The notes beneath the pieces were generated by a model. It was given only the letters and a program-made list of their open reading frames with translations. It did no database searches and was not told the DNA's origin. A stretch of 64,000 bases of DNA from a virus. Lineage: Duplodnaviria > Caudoviricetes. Positions 19,480 to 28,779 of the stretch are shown one piece after another. The stretch lies in IMG/VR virus record IMGVR_UViG_3300025671_008697; one strand, written 5' to 3'. Position 1 is the first letter of the stretch. Each line of letters opens with the position of its first letter. A program made the position numbers and the translations under genes.

Positions 19480-19928
19480 AATACTATCTAGCATACGGAA
19501 TGAATACTAACATTGAGGAAATGCGGCGCCGTTGCCCTCAGGCACAGAGTTTAGGTAAAGTTACTGTGCCCAACTATAGACTGGCCTTCAAAACACATTG
19601 CGATGTTGTTTACACTCCAGGAGAAACAATGGAATGTGTGCTATGGAGCATTTCAGATCAATGCGAACTGGCCTTGGATCAATTAGAAGGCTTTCCGGAT
19701 TACTATGACAAGCGCGAAGTACAAATCAAATACAACGGCAAAACTATTAGACCTATGATTTACTACATGTGTTCTGGGTTCGGTTATGCGGCGCCCAGTG
19801 AACATTACTTAACAATGGTGGCTGAAGGATATAGCAAACACAACATTCCTATCGCACAAATTATTACAGCATTAGAGGATATCACACGATGTACATTATT
19901 GTCGGCGAACAAAGAGCCAGTGTATTAA
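19476..19928 (+). CDS. gamma-glutamylcyclotransferase (AIG2-like)
   Basis: YYLAYGMNTN...LDQLEGFPDYY...PSEHYL. Confidence 0.85.
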   Translation: MKYYLAYGMNTNIEEMRRRCPQAQSLGKVTVPNYRLAFKTHCDVVYTPGETMECVLWSISDQCELALDQLEGFPDYYDKREVQIKYNGKTIRPMIYYMCSGFGYAAPSEHYLTMVAEGYSKHNIPIAQIITALEDITRCTLLSANKEPVY

Positions 19929-20191
19929 GGGATACTCATACAGTACTCAGTCTTGAAAAGATTGTTCACGAAGGCACAGAAGACAGAGCCTACTGTGTTA
20001 TTCCCAGTGAAGTTGTGAATTTCATGGAAATTCCACAACTCGAACAACACGTGGGTTTGCACGAACAGTTTGTAGCAGAATACGAAAAAGAAAACTATCA
20101 GTACTGCCGAGATGCTGCTGAACATTTATATGGTAAGTTTGGCGGCGAACTTGATACATTTTACGATGAAATATTAAAACGCATCAGTTAA
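19889..20191 (+). CDS. conserved hypothetical phage protein
   Basis: ORF track; ends before a terminator hairpin. Confidence 0.6.
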   Translation: MYIIVGEQRASVLRDTHTVLSLEKIVHEGTEDRAYCVIPSEVVNFMEIPQLEQHVGLHEQFVAEYEKENYQYCRDAAEHLYGKFGGELDTFYDEILKRIS

Positions 20192-20437
20192 CTTAAGCCA
20201 AACCCTCTGTAAATATCTATGGAGGGTTTTTTATGACTTGGTTCAAGCACAGACCAAAACCCAAGGATGGGGTTAGTTATCATCCTAACAAAAACACACC
20301 GGTGCAGCGAGCACTGTGGGATTCCGCAAAGAATCCACCCAAAGAACGGGACAATAAACTGCCACAAGAATTCAATAACCAAAATCAATAAATACTGCTG
20401 TCCACTTATAATCAAAACAAGGACAGAGGAGCAAAAA

Positions 20438-21355
20438 ATGCCTAAGGCGTTTCGTTTAGCAAAAGCATTCAGTGCGTTTGCGTTTTTTATGATGGTTGCA
20501 GGTGCACATGCACAGACTTATGATAGCACCACAAAGGTTGATACAAACAATACTAGTACCAGTACCAGCACGGTAAACAGCACAAACACTAACAACAATA
20601 CTAATACTAACACCAATACAACAACGGTGGACAGTACCAGCACGAATACTAATACTAATACTAATACTAACACCAACTATAATGTTAATAGTGGTGAGCA
20701 GACTTTTAACAATAACAATGTAACTACCAGTACAAACACTAACACAAACATCAACACAAATACTACCACAAGCACAAACACAAATACCAATAACAACACC
20801 AGTACGAGTACAAACACTAACACAAATACGAATACAAATAATAACACTACCACTAGTACCAATACAAACACGAACAACAATGTGAATACTGGCGACATGA
20901 CCAATCGTAATATAAACGACAGTAAGATAGAGCAGACAGTAAAAAGTCCACCTCCCACTGCTGTAGCACCGTCAATGATGAGCGGAGGTAACAGTGATTT
21001 GTGTACTACAGGAACAAGTGGCGCATTACAGACGCAGATACTGGGTATTAGCACAGGCGGCACTGTAAGAGATCTAAATTGTGAAAGATTGAAGAATGCC
21101 AAAGTACTCTATGATATGGGCATGAAAGTAGCTGCAGTGGCAGTAATGTGCCAAGACAGACGTGTGTTTGATGCTATGTGGAATGCAGGTACGCCTTGTC
21201 CCTACGAGGGTAAAATTGGAGACGCCGCAAGAGCAAGTTGGATATTAAACAACGATAAAATACCTAAACCAGAGGATCCACCACAGGATGAAACTATTAA
21301 GAAAATTGGCATCAGTGCTGCTGTTGCCATTGTGCTTGGTCTCGCAGTATTCTAA
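20438..21355 (+). CDS. secreted/membrane protein with Asn/Thr low-complexity repeat and Cys-rich C-terminal domain
   Basis: Signal-like N-terminus, (NT)n tract, CTTG...NCERLK...CQD...TPCPY domain, C-terminal TM; start placed at ATG 20438 after GAGGAG. Confidence 0.7.
   Translation: MPKAFRLAKAFSAFAFFMMVAGAHAQTYDSTTKVDTNNTSTSTSTVNSTNTNNNTNTNTNTTTVDSTSTNTNTNTNTNTNYNVNSGEQTFNNNNVTTSTNTNTNINTNTTTSTNTNTNNNTSTSTNTNTNTNTNNNTTTSTNTNTNNNVNTGDMTNRNINDSKIEQTVKSPPPTAVAPSMMSGGNSDLCTTGTSGALQTQILGISTGGTVRDLNCERLKNAKVLYDMGMKVAAVAVMCQDRRVFDAMWNAGTPCPYEGKIGDAARASWILNNDKIPKPEDPPQDETIKKIGISAAVAIVLGLAVF
20540..20890 (+). repeat. coding low-complexity repeat (AAC/AAT/ACN codons; NTNTNT)
   Basis: Tandem aacactaatact/aacacaaat-type units within the CDS. 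Confidence 0.85.
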
Positions 21356-22883
21356 CGCTCAAACAAGTACAACAGGTCAACTTTTCCAAGACAACCAATG
21401 GTCGGGCTGTTATACCTATGCCTCCGGAGGATTTTGGGGTGGAACTAGTGGCGGGCCCTGTCCGGCAATGAGTTTTGATGAAGGATATGCAGGCAGTAAT
21501 CAGATAATTTTTAGTTATGGCAGAGAGACGCTCAGTCAGACATACTCTCTTGCCAACGCATTACCTAACTCGGGCACAGGTCTTCAAGTTAACGGATACA
21601 ACTGGCACTGGCATGTAAAGAATTCTAATATTAACGGAACGCAACCTGGCAGTTACGATCAGGTTGCCTACGTAAACGTTAGTTTATTAAGTTCAACTGG
21701 TTCTGTGCTCGAATCAGACACTTATGATTACGGTTATCACTTACCCGATTGGATTAATCCAAGTGGCACAAGAACTTATACTAATCCTTATAGCACGACT
21801 CAAGCCAGTTCAATTCGATTGAGCGTGACAGGTCAGGATGGTGGGAACTGGGCAGGTTATTATGGTCCAGAGTTTATGCACTTTAGTTTAACTGTAAATT
21901 ATTCAGTTGACCCTTGTGCCGACAATCCATTCTATTCACCAACCTGTCCAGGTTTTGCTGAAGCACTTGCAAAACTTTCTGAAACTGCAAACACAGGCAC
22001 TGAAGAACAAACTGCGGCCACTGACAGCGCCTCTACAGGAATGGACACAGATTCAAACACGCAGACTGCCGCTGCTGATCCGATACGGTCTGTAACAGAA
22101 GTAACTACAGATGTTGGAGGTGCCGAACTATCTGCAACAGGAGAAATAGTTATTGACGATGGTGTACCTAGTGCTGCAAAAGAAAGTGCAAAAGAAAGCA
22201 TGGTAAAAGAAGAACAACAAGCACAGGAAAGTGCAGTGGCTTCAACAGAAAGAAAACCAGGCGCAAAAGTTAATGCACTCAGTATTGCTCAAAATGCAGC
22301 AAGACAAGCAGAACAAACCGCTCTTAGTGTGGCAGCACAGAGTACAGAACAAAGTTTATCTGCAATGTCTAATCCCGCAGACGGAGTTGGTTTAGACAGT
22401 TTAGGCACAGGTATTAGGATACCGGGACTTACTTCTTTACAAAACCTTGCTATGACAACAACCGAATCAATGCCTTCACAGTCTTACAGTTTAACAAGAA
22501 CACAGTCTATGAGAAATCAAGATCAAGCCATCATATCTACAAACTTGTCACAGTCTGAAACTAAAACAACCGCTGCAGTTGATACCACAGTGACACAGTC
22601 GCAAGTAGCACAGCCGCAAGAACAAACACAAACAACTGCCAAAAGCGCAGTGCGTAATGGCGGAAAAGTAGAAGGTATGGAGGGAGGAGCGGACATGACC
22701 GCATTGACAAAACCTCCTGCCAACTTTAATCAATACTTACAGGCACAATTAGTGGATGCAGCATTTTATCAACAACGTGAAATATATCGCGGGCAAAGAA
22801 CTGTTGATAATGTTAGAGCGCTGCGTGGATTAGGCACAGACAGATTACACCAACAAATGGTAGACCAACAATACGGGAGATAA
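21288..22883 (+). CDS. secreted hypothetical protein (beta-sandwich-like N-domain plus low-complexity stalk)
   Basis: Signal peptide, W/Y/G-rich domain ending DPCADNPFYSPTCPG, then an S/T/A/Q-rich region. Confidence 0.6.
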   Translation: MKLLRKLASVLLLPLCLVSQYSNAQTSTTGQLFQDNQWSGCYTYASGGFWGGTSGGPCPAMSFDEGYAGSNQIIFSYGRETLSQTYSLANALPNSGTGLQVNGYNWHWHVKNSNINGTQPGSYDQVAYVNVSLLSSTGSVLESDTYDYGYHLPDWINPSGTRTYTNPYSTTQASSIRLSVTGQDGGNWAGYYGPEFMHFSLTVNYSVDPCADNPFYSPTCPGFAEALAKLSETANTGTEEQTAATDSASTGMDTDSNTQTAAADPIRSVTEVTTDVGGAELSATGEIVIDDGVPSAAKESAKESMVKEEQQAQESAVASTERKPGAKVNALSIAQNAARQAEQTALSVAAQSTEQSLSAMSNPADGVGLDSLGTGIRIPGLTSLQNLAMTTTESMPSQSYSLTRTQSMRNQDQAIISTNLSQSETKTTAAVDTTVTQSQVAQPQEQTQTTAKSAVRNGGKVEGMEGGADMTALTKPPANFNQYLQAQLVDAAFYQQREIYRGQRTVDNVRALRGLGTDRLHQQMVDQQYGR

Positions 22884-22885
22884 CG

Positions 22886-23428
22886 ATGTCAGATAAAGAT
22901 TTAGGCGAAGGCATTGAAAAATTTGAAGAAGAAATAGAAGGTCTTAAAAACAAAGAGTTCAGACTGTTTGGCGTTAAGATGACGGCCATGACTGTAAGTG
23001 CTGCATTTGCACTGATATCAGCCATAGTAGGTTCACTGTACGGAGCATTTGAAGTCTACAAAGACTACATGGAGATGAAGGAGCAGATTCAAAGTTATGT
23101 TGCTCCTGATCTGAGTGGTATTAATGAACGCTTAACAGCAGTTGATAAAAAGATGGAAGGCATTGCTGCCAACGTACAGCAATCCACAGAATACACCAAT
23201 GAGATTAAAAATGATTTAAAAGGTGATATTCGTAGAGTTGAAAAGGTAGTTGAGGGCGTAGAGCGTTCAACAAAGGAACAACAACGTCAGGTTGATGCTG
23301 ATTTAAAGACAGCTAGAAATGAAATGCGCGATTTACAAAAAGAAGTGGATCGAGGGTTAAAAGAAGTTCGTACAGACTTAGAGAAAAAACTTAAGGAAGC
23401 ATTAGACAATCCATTGGCCGGGCAGTAA
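22886..23428 (+). CDS. membrane-anchored coiled-coil protein
   Basis: One TM segment then heptad-rich region ending ALDNPL. Confidence 0.65.
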   Translation: MSDKDLGEGIEKFEEEIEGLKNKEFRLFGVKMTAMTVSAAFALISAIVGSLYGAFEVYKDYMEMKEQIQSYVAPDLSGINERLTAVDKKMEGIAANVQQSTEYTNEIKNDLKGDIRRVEKVVEGVERSTKEQQRQVDADLKTARNEMRDLQKEVDRGLKEVRTDLEKKLKEALDNPLAGQ

Positions 23429-23485
23429 ACAGCACACTATTAGTTTTTGCTAGTTGCTAGTAAATACTAGTAAGGAGTAAGACCA

Positions 23486-23959
23486 ATGGATCCGCTGACA
23501 CTGTTAGCCGGAGCCAGTGCCGCATTTAAAGGTGTGCAAACACTGGTAAATCACGGACGTGATATTGAAGATGTATTTGGACAGTTAGCCAAATGGGCTA
23601 CACACGTCAGCGACTTACAGGAATGGGTCAGAGGGCAAGAAAGCAAGCCCAGCATCTGGAAAAAACTCAGTTTTAAAGACGACACTGCTGAAGCACTAAA
23701 CACCATGGTAGTGCGTCAACGTATTGCCAATCAAGAAAAAGAAATACGTGAAATGTTTCAATGGTATGGGCCACCTGGTGCATACGAAGAATTTATCCAA
23801 GAACGCCGTCGCATTAAAGATCAACGTGAGCGCATGATCTATGAACAACGCAGGCGTCGTCAAGCATTTTTCTGGAACTGTGTAAACGGGGTGGCGATAG
23901 CAACACTGTTGGGTATAATCGGCGGTGTTGTATATGGATTAATTGTACTCGTAAGTTAA
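23486..23959 (+). CDS. hypothetical protein with C-terminal TM
   Basis: MDPLTLLA start, AAGGAG RBS, TAAATA-containing hairpin upstream. Confidence 0.65.
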   Translation: MDPLTLLAGASAAFKGVQTLVNHGRDIEDVFGQLAKWATHVSDLQEWVRGQESKPSIWKKLSFKDDTAEALNTMVVRQRIANQEKEIREMFQWYGPPGAYEEFIQERRRIKDQRERMIYEQRRRRQAFFWNCVNGVAIATLLGIIGGVVYGLIVLVS

Positions 23960-24008
23960 CCTCAGGAGCAAAAAAAATTTATATATTAGTTTAAAGGAAA
24001 ACACCGCC

Positions 24009-24323
24009 ATGATAAAAACAATAATAACCGCGGGTGTTTTGTTCATTCTGCCAACCTTAGCGATAAGTCAACAGGTACAACAAAAGCCCGTACTCTGTGA
24101 TCAAACAGTAAACGTTCTACCTTTTCTCGACAAGACATACAAAGAGCAACCTCATTGGATAGGCAAGTCCTCAAAAGACAGTGAAGGTTGGTTTGTAGTC
24201 ATGCTGAATGAGGAAACAAAAACTTGGACTCTTGTGCAATATAATCGCGAAGTAGCATGTATACTGGGTGATGGCAAAGATTTTAGAGTGCCAGAAAAAT
24301 CCGCCAAAAAAGCAGACTTGTAA
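24009..24323 (+). CDS. secreted hypothetical protein
   Basis: Signal peptide; KPVLCD...ACILGDG. Confidence 0.6.
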   Translation: MIKTIITAGVLFILPTLAISQQVQQKPVLCDQTVNVLPFLDKTYKEQPHWIGKSSKDSEGWFVVMLNEETKTWTLVQYNREVACILGDGKDFRVPEKSAKKADL

Positions 24324-24356
24324 TTTTTCTGTAACATTTGTCAAGTTAAATACTGT

Positions 24357-25325
24357 ATGGAACTACTAACATTTTGGATGGTAGTTGGATTTCTATTAGC
24401 TGCATATTCGGTTATAGCCAACGACTCGATACAGACATTAGGGACATGGTTAGCGTCAAACAACGACCGATTTCACTGGACAACATTATGGGCCGCCGCT
24501 AGTGCGGTTTTATTATGGGCAATTTGGTTTGGGTGGTATGTAAACGGCGGTGACATTTCCTACGATAGATTAGCAAGAATACCTTTTAAAGAAGTACAAT
24601 GGTACCATGCACTTGCTCCTGCTATTTTGTTATTTTTAACACGGTGGGGTGTGCCTGTAAGCACAAGTTTCTTAGTGCTAAGTGCCTTTGCCAACAGTTT
24701 TGTACTTGAAGGCATGCTGTTAAAAAGTGTTGTTGGCTACGGATTAGCCGCAGCCATTGGTTATGTAACGTGGTGGTTTTTAACTACACGCTACGATGAG
24801 CACAGACCTATACCTGAACACCACAAACCTTATTGGCGTTGCGGACAATGGTTGGCTACTGGTTTACTTTGGTGGACATGGCTAACACACGACATGGCCA
24901 ACATAGCAGTATTCTTACCAAGACAAATACCTGTAGATTTAATGGTTATAATTTCATTAATATTCGTAGGTGGACTTGGTTGGATGTTTAAAGAACGTGG
25001 AGGAGCAATACAAAAAATTGTGTTAGAAAAACACAACACACGTTATGTGCGTAGTGCTACTCTTATTGTTTTGGTCTATATGGCTATTCTTTACTTCTTT
25101 AAAGAACTAAACAACTTACCTATGAGCACCACTTGGGTGTTTGTAGGTTTGCTGTCTGGTAGAGAACTTGCACACGCCACATTCAGTGACAAGGTTGAAT
25201 TCAAAGGTGTGTTTCCTTTGGTGGCCAAAGACTTCGGCAAACTTATGATAGGTGTGTTGGCCAGTGTAGGTATTATATTGCTAATCCACTTGGTAATTCT
25301 TCCACAGACACAGATTACATTATAG
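24357..25325 (+). CDS. PiT/PHO4-like inorganic phosphate transporter
   Basis: Multi-TM with duplicated PiT-like motifs: ANDSIQTLG/GVPVSTS and HDMAN/LPMSTTWVFVG. Confidence 0.65.
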   Translation: MELLTFWMVVGFLLAAYSVIANDSIQTLGTWLASNNDRFHWTTLWAAASAVLLWAIWFGWYVNGGDISYDRLARIPFKEVQWYHALAPAILLFLTRWGVPVSTSFLVLSAFANSFVLEGMLLKSVVGYGLAAAIGYVTWWFLTTRYDEHRPIPEHHKPYWRCGQWLATGLLWWTWLTHDMANIAVFLPRQIPVDLMVIISLIFVGGLGWMFKERGGAIQKIVLEKHNTRYVRSATLIVLVYMAILYFFKELNNLPMSTTWVFVGLLSGRELAHATFSDKVEFKGVFPLVAKDFGKLMIGVLASVGIILLIHLVILPQTQITL

Positions 25326-25478
25326 ATGCCTGAAGAAATAAAGTTCTACCCAAAGCCAGAAGAACCAACGTGGTGTTGCGGCAGAGGTTGTGAAAATTGT
25401 GTGCTGATAGATTACTATCATGCACTAAAACGTTGGGAAGAACTTTTTAGTGAACAAGAAATTAATAAAGCCATATAA
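25326..25478 (+). CDS. small Cys-cluster protein (oxidoreductase-like N-terminal domain)
   Basis: Not in track; PKPEEPTWCCGRGCENCVLIDYYHALKRWE (P-x-P-x3-CCG-x-GC-x2-CV). Confidence 0.7.
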   Translation: MPEEIKFYPKPEEPTWCCGRGCENCVLIDYYHALKRWEELFSEQEINKAI

Positions 25479-25550
25479 AATATAGATCATCAGTTGTTAA
25501 ATACTCTGCACAAAAAATAATAAGAATAAATTCAGTGCGGAGCAGATATC

Positions 25551-27050
25551 ATGAAAAAATTATTAGCGACAGCAGTCGCACTTGCCGTGGCCGCGGCAGT
25601 ATCTACAGCCACCTTGGCACACACAAACAGTATTGGTTATGTTGGAGACGGTAACGGAGGTTTAAACTTCTGGTACGGTAGTTGGCATGATGGAACAACG
25701 TTCAACGAAGCAGAAATTAAAATTGTTAAGCCAGATGGAACAACAAGTATTGATGCTTTTACTTTGTTGTCACAGGATAGTCCTGCAGGCTTGATTAGTG
25801 GTGTTAACTTCTTTGGTTCAGACGGAACACAGTTGATACCTTACGACATTAATGCAGGTGGCGGTGAGTCATACACTTGGCAAGGTATAAACTATCAAAA
25901 TCTTGTAACAGGACAATATACATTTGTTTATATTCCGTTAGGCGATGCTGAAAGTACAATTTGTCCTCAGGCAGATTATCAAGCAGGTACTTGTAACGGC
26001 CCAACAGCAGATTGGGATCCAATGGATCAAGTTATTCGCAGTTTGACAATTAACCTTACTACAGGCGACCTAACGGGTGATGCTAACAACAACGGCATTC
26101 TTGATATTAACGAAGTAGCCGCTGGTTCAGCATCAGGTGGCCCAGTTGCACCAACAGTAGTAAGTCAAGGTTCAAGCCGTGTAGTCGGTTATGTTGCTGT
26201 TAGTGGCGGTGTTATTCAGATTGTACAACGTACACAAACAGACACTACTTGGGACAACATGAGTGATGGTACTACACAAAATGTACAAACTACTAGTACA
26301 GCATTACCAGACTGGACTGGACGTATTGACCAAATAGCAACAGGTAATCAAATGCTATCCGTTGTTAATCGTGGGTTAAACTTCAACGGTGTTAACTCAG
26401 TCGGCAACATGGCAAAAATGAACAACGGCATGTCAGGTGGTGTCAGTGGTGTTACGGTTGGTGGCAATAAGGATCTGGGCAATGGCTTACGCATCGGTGG
26501 TGGTGCTGGTAAATTGTCTACTCGTGTTCGAGACAACGGTAGTGCTGATGTTGATTCAACACTGGTAAATCTACACGGTAGCAAAGAAGTTACACAAGGA
26601 ACAGTAAACTTCGCATTAACACACAGTCAAAATGATTATACCACATCAAGAACTATTGGTGATTTTGTTAATGCGGGTGTAACTAATGGAACCGATACAT
26701 GGGTAAACGTAACTTTTGTTGGCCTTGGTGAACGAGTTCGTCCAGTATTTGGAGTAACTCGCGGTGTTCGTGGTGTAAACGGATACACAGAAACTGGTGA
26801 TGTACAAACTGCTAGAACAGTTGCCAAAACAACAGACTGGTATACATATGGTACTATAGGAGCACAAGCAACATTAAAAGAAGGCATTATTGCTCAAGCA
26901 CTACACCACTCAGACGGTGTGAACTCTTTAAGTATTGCAGTCAAGAAGAATCTAGAAAAAGATGCAGTATTGACAGCAGGAGTCAGTCGCAACATGACAC
27001 GTGATGGTGCGTCGACTTCAATTAATGTAGGACTGGTTAAGAAGTTCTGA
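25551..27050 (+). CDS. autotransporter-like protein (signal peptide, passenger, C-terminal beta-barrel)
   Basis: Signal peptide; alternating beta-strand C-terminal half ending in aromatic F (INVGLVKKF). Confidence 0.65.
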   Translation: MKKLLATAVALAVAAAVSTATLAHTNSIGYVGDGNGGLNFWYGSWHDGTTFNEAEIKIVKPDGTTSIDAFTLLSQDSPAGLISGVNFFGSDGTQLIPYDINAGGGESYTWQGINYQNLVTGQYTFVYIPLGDAESTICPQADYQAGTCNGPTADWDPMDQVIRSLTINLTTGDLTGDANNNGILDINEVAAGSASGGPVAPTVVSQGSSRVVGYVAVSGGVIQIVQRTQTDTTWDNMSDGTTQNVQTTSTALPDWTGRIDQIATGNQMLSVVNRGLNFNGVNSVGNMAKMNNGMSGGVSGVTVGGNKDLGNGLRIGGGAGKLSTRVRDNGSADVDSTLVNLHGSKEVTQGTVNFALTHSQNDYTTSRTIGDFVNAGVTNGTDTWVNVTFVGLGERVRPVFGVTRGVRGVNGYTETGDVQTARTVAKTTDWYTYGTIGAQATLKEGIIAQALHHSDGVNSLSIAVKKNLEKDAVLTAGVSRNMTRDGASTSINVGLVKKF

Positions 27051-27070
27051 GTATAGTGCTTTGCATTTTA

Positions 27071-27095
27071 AAGCCCACAGATGTGGGCTTTTTTT
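27071..27095. terminator. intrinsic terminator between convergent genes
   Basis: aagcccac-aga-tgtgggctt-ttttt. Confidence 0.8.
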
Positions 27096-27870
27096 ATGTC
27101 TGTGGATTTTCCTTGCCTTCGGCATAGTTCTTTAAGTAAGCACAGTACTGTATCATACTGTGATCACTGAAACTGTCTACCTTGCCTTGTTTTAGTCCTG
27201 ACCACATGCCGCGCAGTTTGTCTTTAACTAACTGCCAACCGTTGGGATTGCGAACGTTGCCATAACTGTTCAAGTAGTGTAACGTACCGTCATGTCTAAA
27301 ACCCATTAGGGCCAAAGGCACTGTGGTAACTATGTCGTTGTTGTTTCTCCAACGATGGTGTACCACTGGAAATGTGTTTACATAGGCTTTGTTGCCTACT
27401 CGAGGACTGCCATATGTATAAATTTCAACAATGTCTGGCATACTGACGTCGCAGTGGCAACGGTTAGCCATAATAGTGGCCATTGCAGCACCTAGACTGT
27501 GTCCGCAGAACCATGCTTGCCGTGTTTTTCCTACTGCCAGTAAGTCTTCTTTGACCATAGGCCATAGTTCGTCTACTTCAGACTTAAACCCCATGTGTAC
27601 ACGGCCTATTGTTTCTGCTGCAACTTTAAGTGCTTTCAAGTCTGCACTAATGTCGTTTAACTGTGTAGGTTCTGTGCCTCTGCAGGCAATTACGATGTCG
27701 TCCTGGTTCATAAATCTATAAGACTGTGCACCTTTTTTATCGTAAAATTCTGTTTCTGTAAATCCCAATTGCAGTGCTGCTGCACGGGCCTGTTCTTCTG
27801 GTTGATATGCGATGTTTGCCAATTGAGCAAACAGATAGCTCCTTTCGGCAAAGGTCATTTGCGAAATCAT
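27094..27870 (-). CDS. class 3 lipase (alpha/beta hydrolase)
   Basis: IACRGTE, VHMGF, GHSLGAA nucleophile elbow, TYGSPRVGN, DIVTTVP, DH. Confidence 0.92.
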   Translation of the reverse strand: MISQMTFAERSYLFAQLANIAYQPEEQARAAALQLGFTETEFYDKKGAQSYRFMNQDDIVIACRGTEPTQLNDISADLKALKVAAETIGRVHMGFKSEVDELWPMVKEDLLAVGKTRQAWFCGHSLGAAMATIMANRCHCDVSMPDIVEIYTYGSPRVGNKAYVNTFPVVHHRWRNNNDIVTTVPLALMGFRHDGTLHYLNSYGNVRNPNGWQLVKDKLRGMWSGLKQGKVDSFSDHSMIQYCAYLKNYAEGKENPQT

Positions 27871-28026
27871 AGTTCTTACTCCTTTTCAATTATATTTACT
27901 GGATTAAATATAAAATTGGGAACTACAATGAATCAGTTATTAGATTACTATGCGTGGGTTTGGGTACAGTGGGCATTCTTGCCCTATAGAATCATGGGCA
28001 GCACCAACGATGCCACAATGATTAGT

Positions 28027-28743
28027 TTAAACGGAGTTAAGGCTGCGAACCTTTGCAAGCCCACAGTAACTGAGTAGTTGAATATAAAGCCAACCTACGT
28101 CGAATTCAAACCAACGACGACTTAACTTGGCACTGCCTGGATTCAAGTGATGATTATTATGTAACTCTTCACCGCCAACAATAATACCAAAAGGTACAAG
28201 ATTACGGCTTTGATCAGTTGTCTGTCCATTTCTATATCCCCACCAATGCGCCACACCATTAATTACACCTGCTGCCCAGAACGGTATCCACAGCATCTGT
28301 ATAGCCCATACTATAACACCTACAGCACCAAATAGCAATAAATCTATCGATAATAAAATTAAAATACCTATCCAGTTGTAGGGTGTGTAAAGTCTGCGTT
28401 CTATATAATCATCAGGTGTGCCAACACCGTAAACACTGATAGTTTTTTCATTCCGGCCTTCTTGACGGTATAAGAAAGCACCCCCAAACAGCACACGCCA
28501 AATACCAAACTGATGCGGACTGTGCGGATCTCCTGGTTGGTCACTGCGACTGTGATGCTTGCGATGAATTGCTACCCATTCACGAGTTATCTGACCTGTA
28601 GTCAGCCATAACCAAAAACGCATAAAGTGACTGATTATGGGATGAAATGTGACTGCTCTGTGGCTCTGACTTCGGTGCAAATATAAAGTCACACAGGCAA
28701 TAGTTATATGGGTAGTTATTAATGTATAAAGAATTTCTGTCAT
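28027..28743 (-). CDS. delta-9 acyl-CoA/lipid fatty acid desaturase
   Basis: His boxes HRSQSH, HRKHH and ELHNNHH; FDVGWLYI. Confidence 0.93.
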   Translation of the reverse strand: MTEILYTLITTHITIACVTLYLHRSQSHRAVTFHPIISHFMRFWLWLTTGQITREWVAIHRKHHSRSDQPGDPHSPHQFGIWRVLFGGAFLYRQEGRNEKTISVYGVGTPDDYIERRLYTPYNWIGILILLSIDLLLFGAVGVIVWAIQMLWIPFWAAGVINGVAHWWGYRNGQTTDQSRNLVPFGIIVGGEELHNNHHLNPGSAKLSRRWFEFDVGWLYIQLLSYCGLAKVRSLNSV

Positions 28744-28779
28744 AGAGTTACCACGACAGAATTTGTGCCGCACAAGTAT

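Noticed and set aside
20540-20900. Possible CRISPR array or non-coding tandem repeat
   Set aside because: The units are irregular codon-level repeats encoding an in-frame Asn/Thr tract, with no constant repeat and unique spacers.
20677-21102. Hydrophobic minus-strand ORF (VFVFVL…) that looks like a membrane protein
   Set aside because: It is the antisense shadow of the AAC/ACN repeat in the + strand gene.
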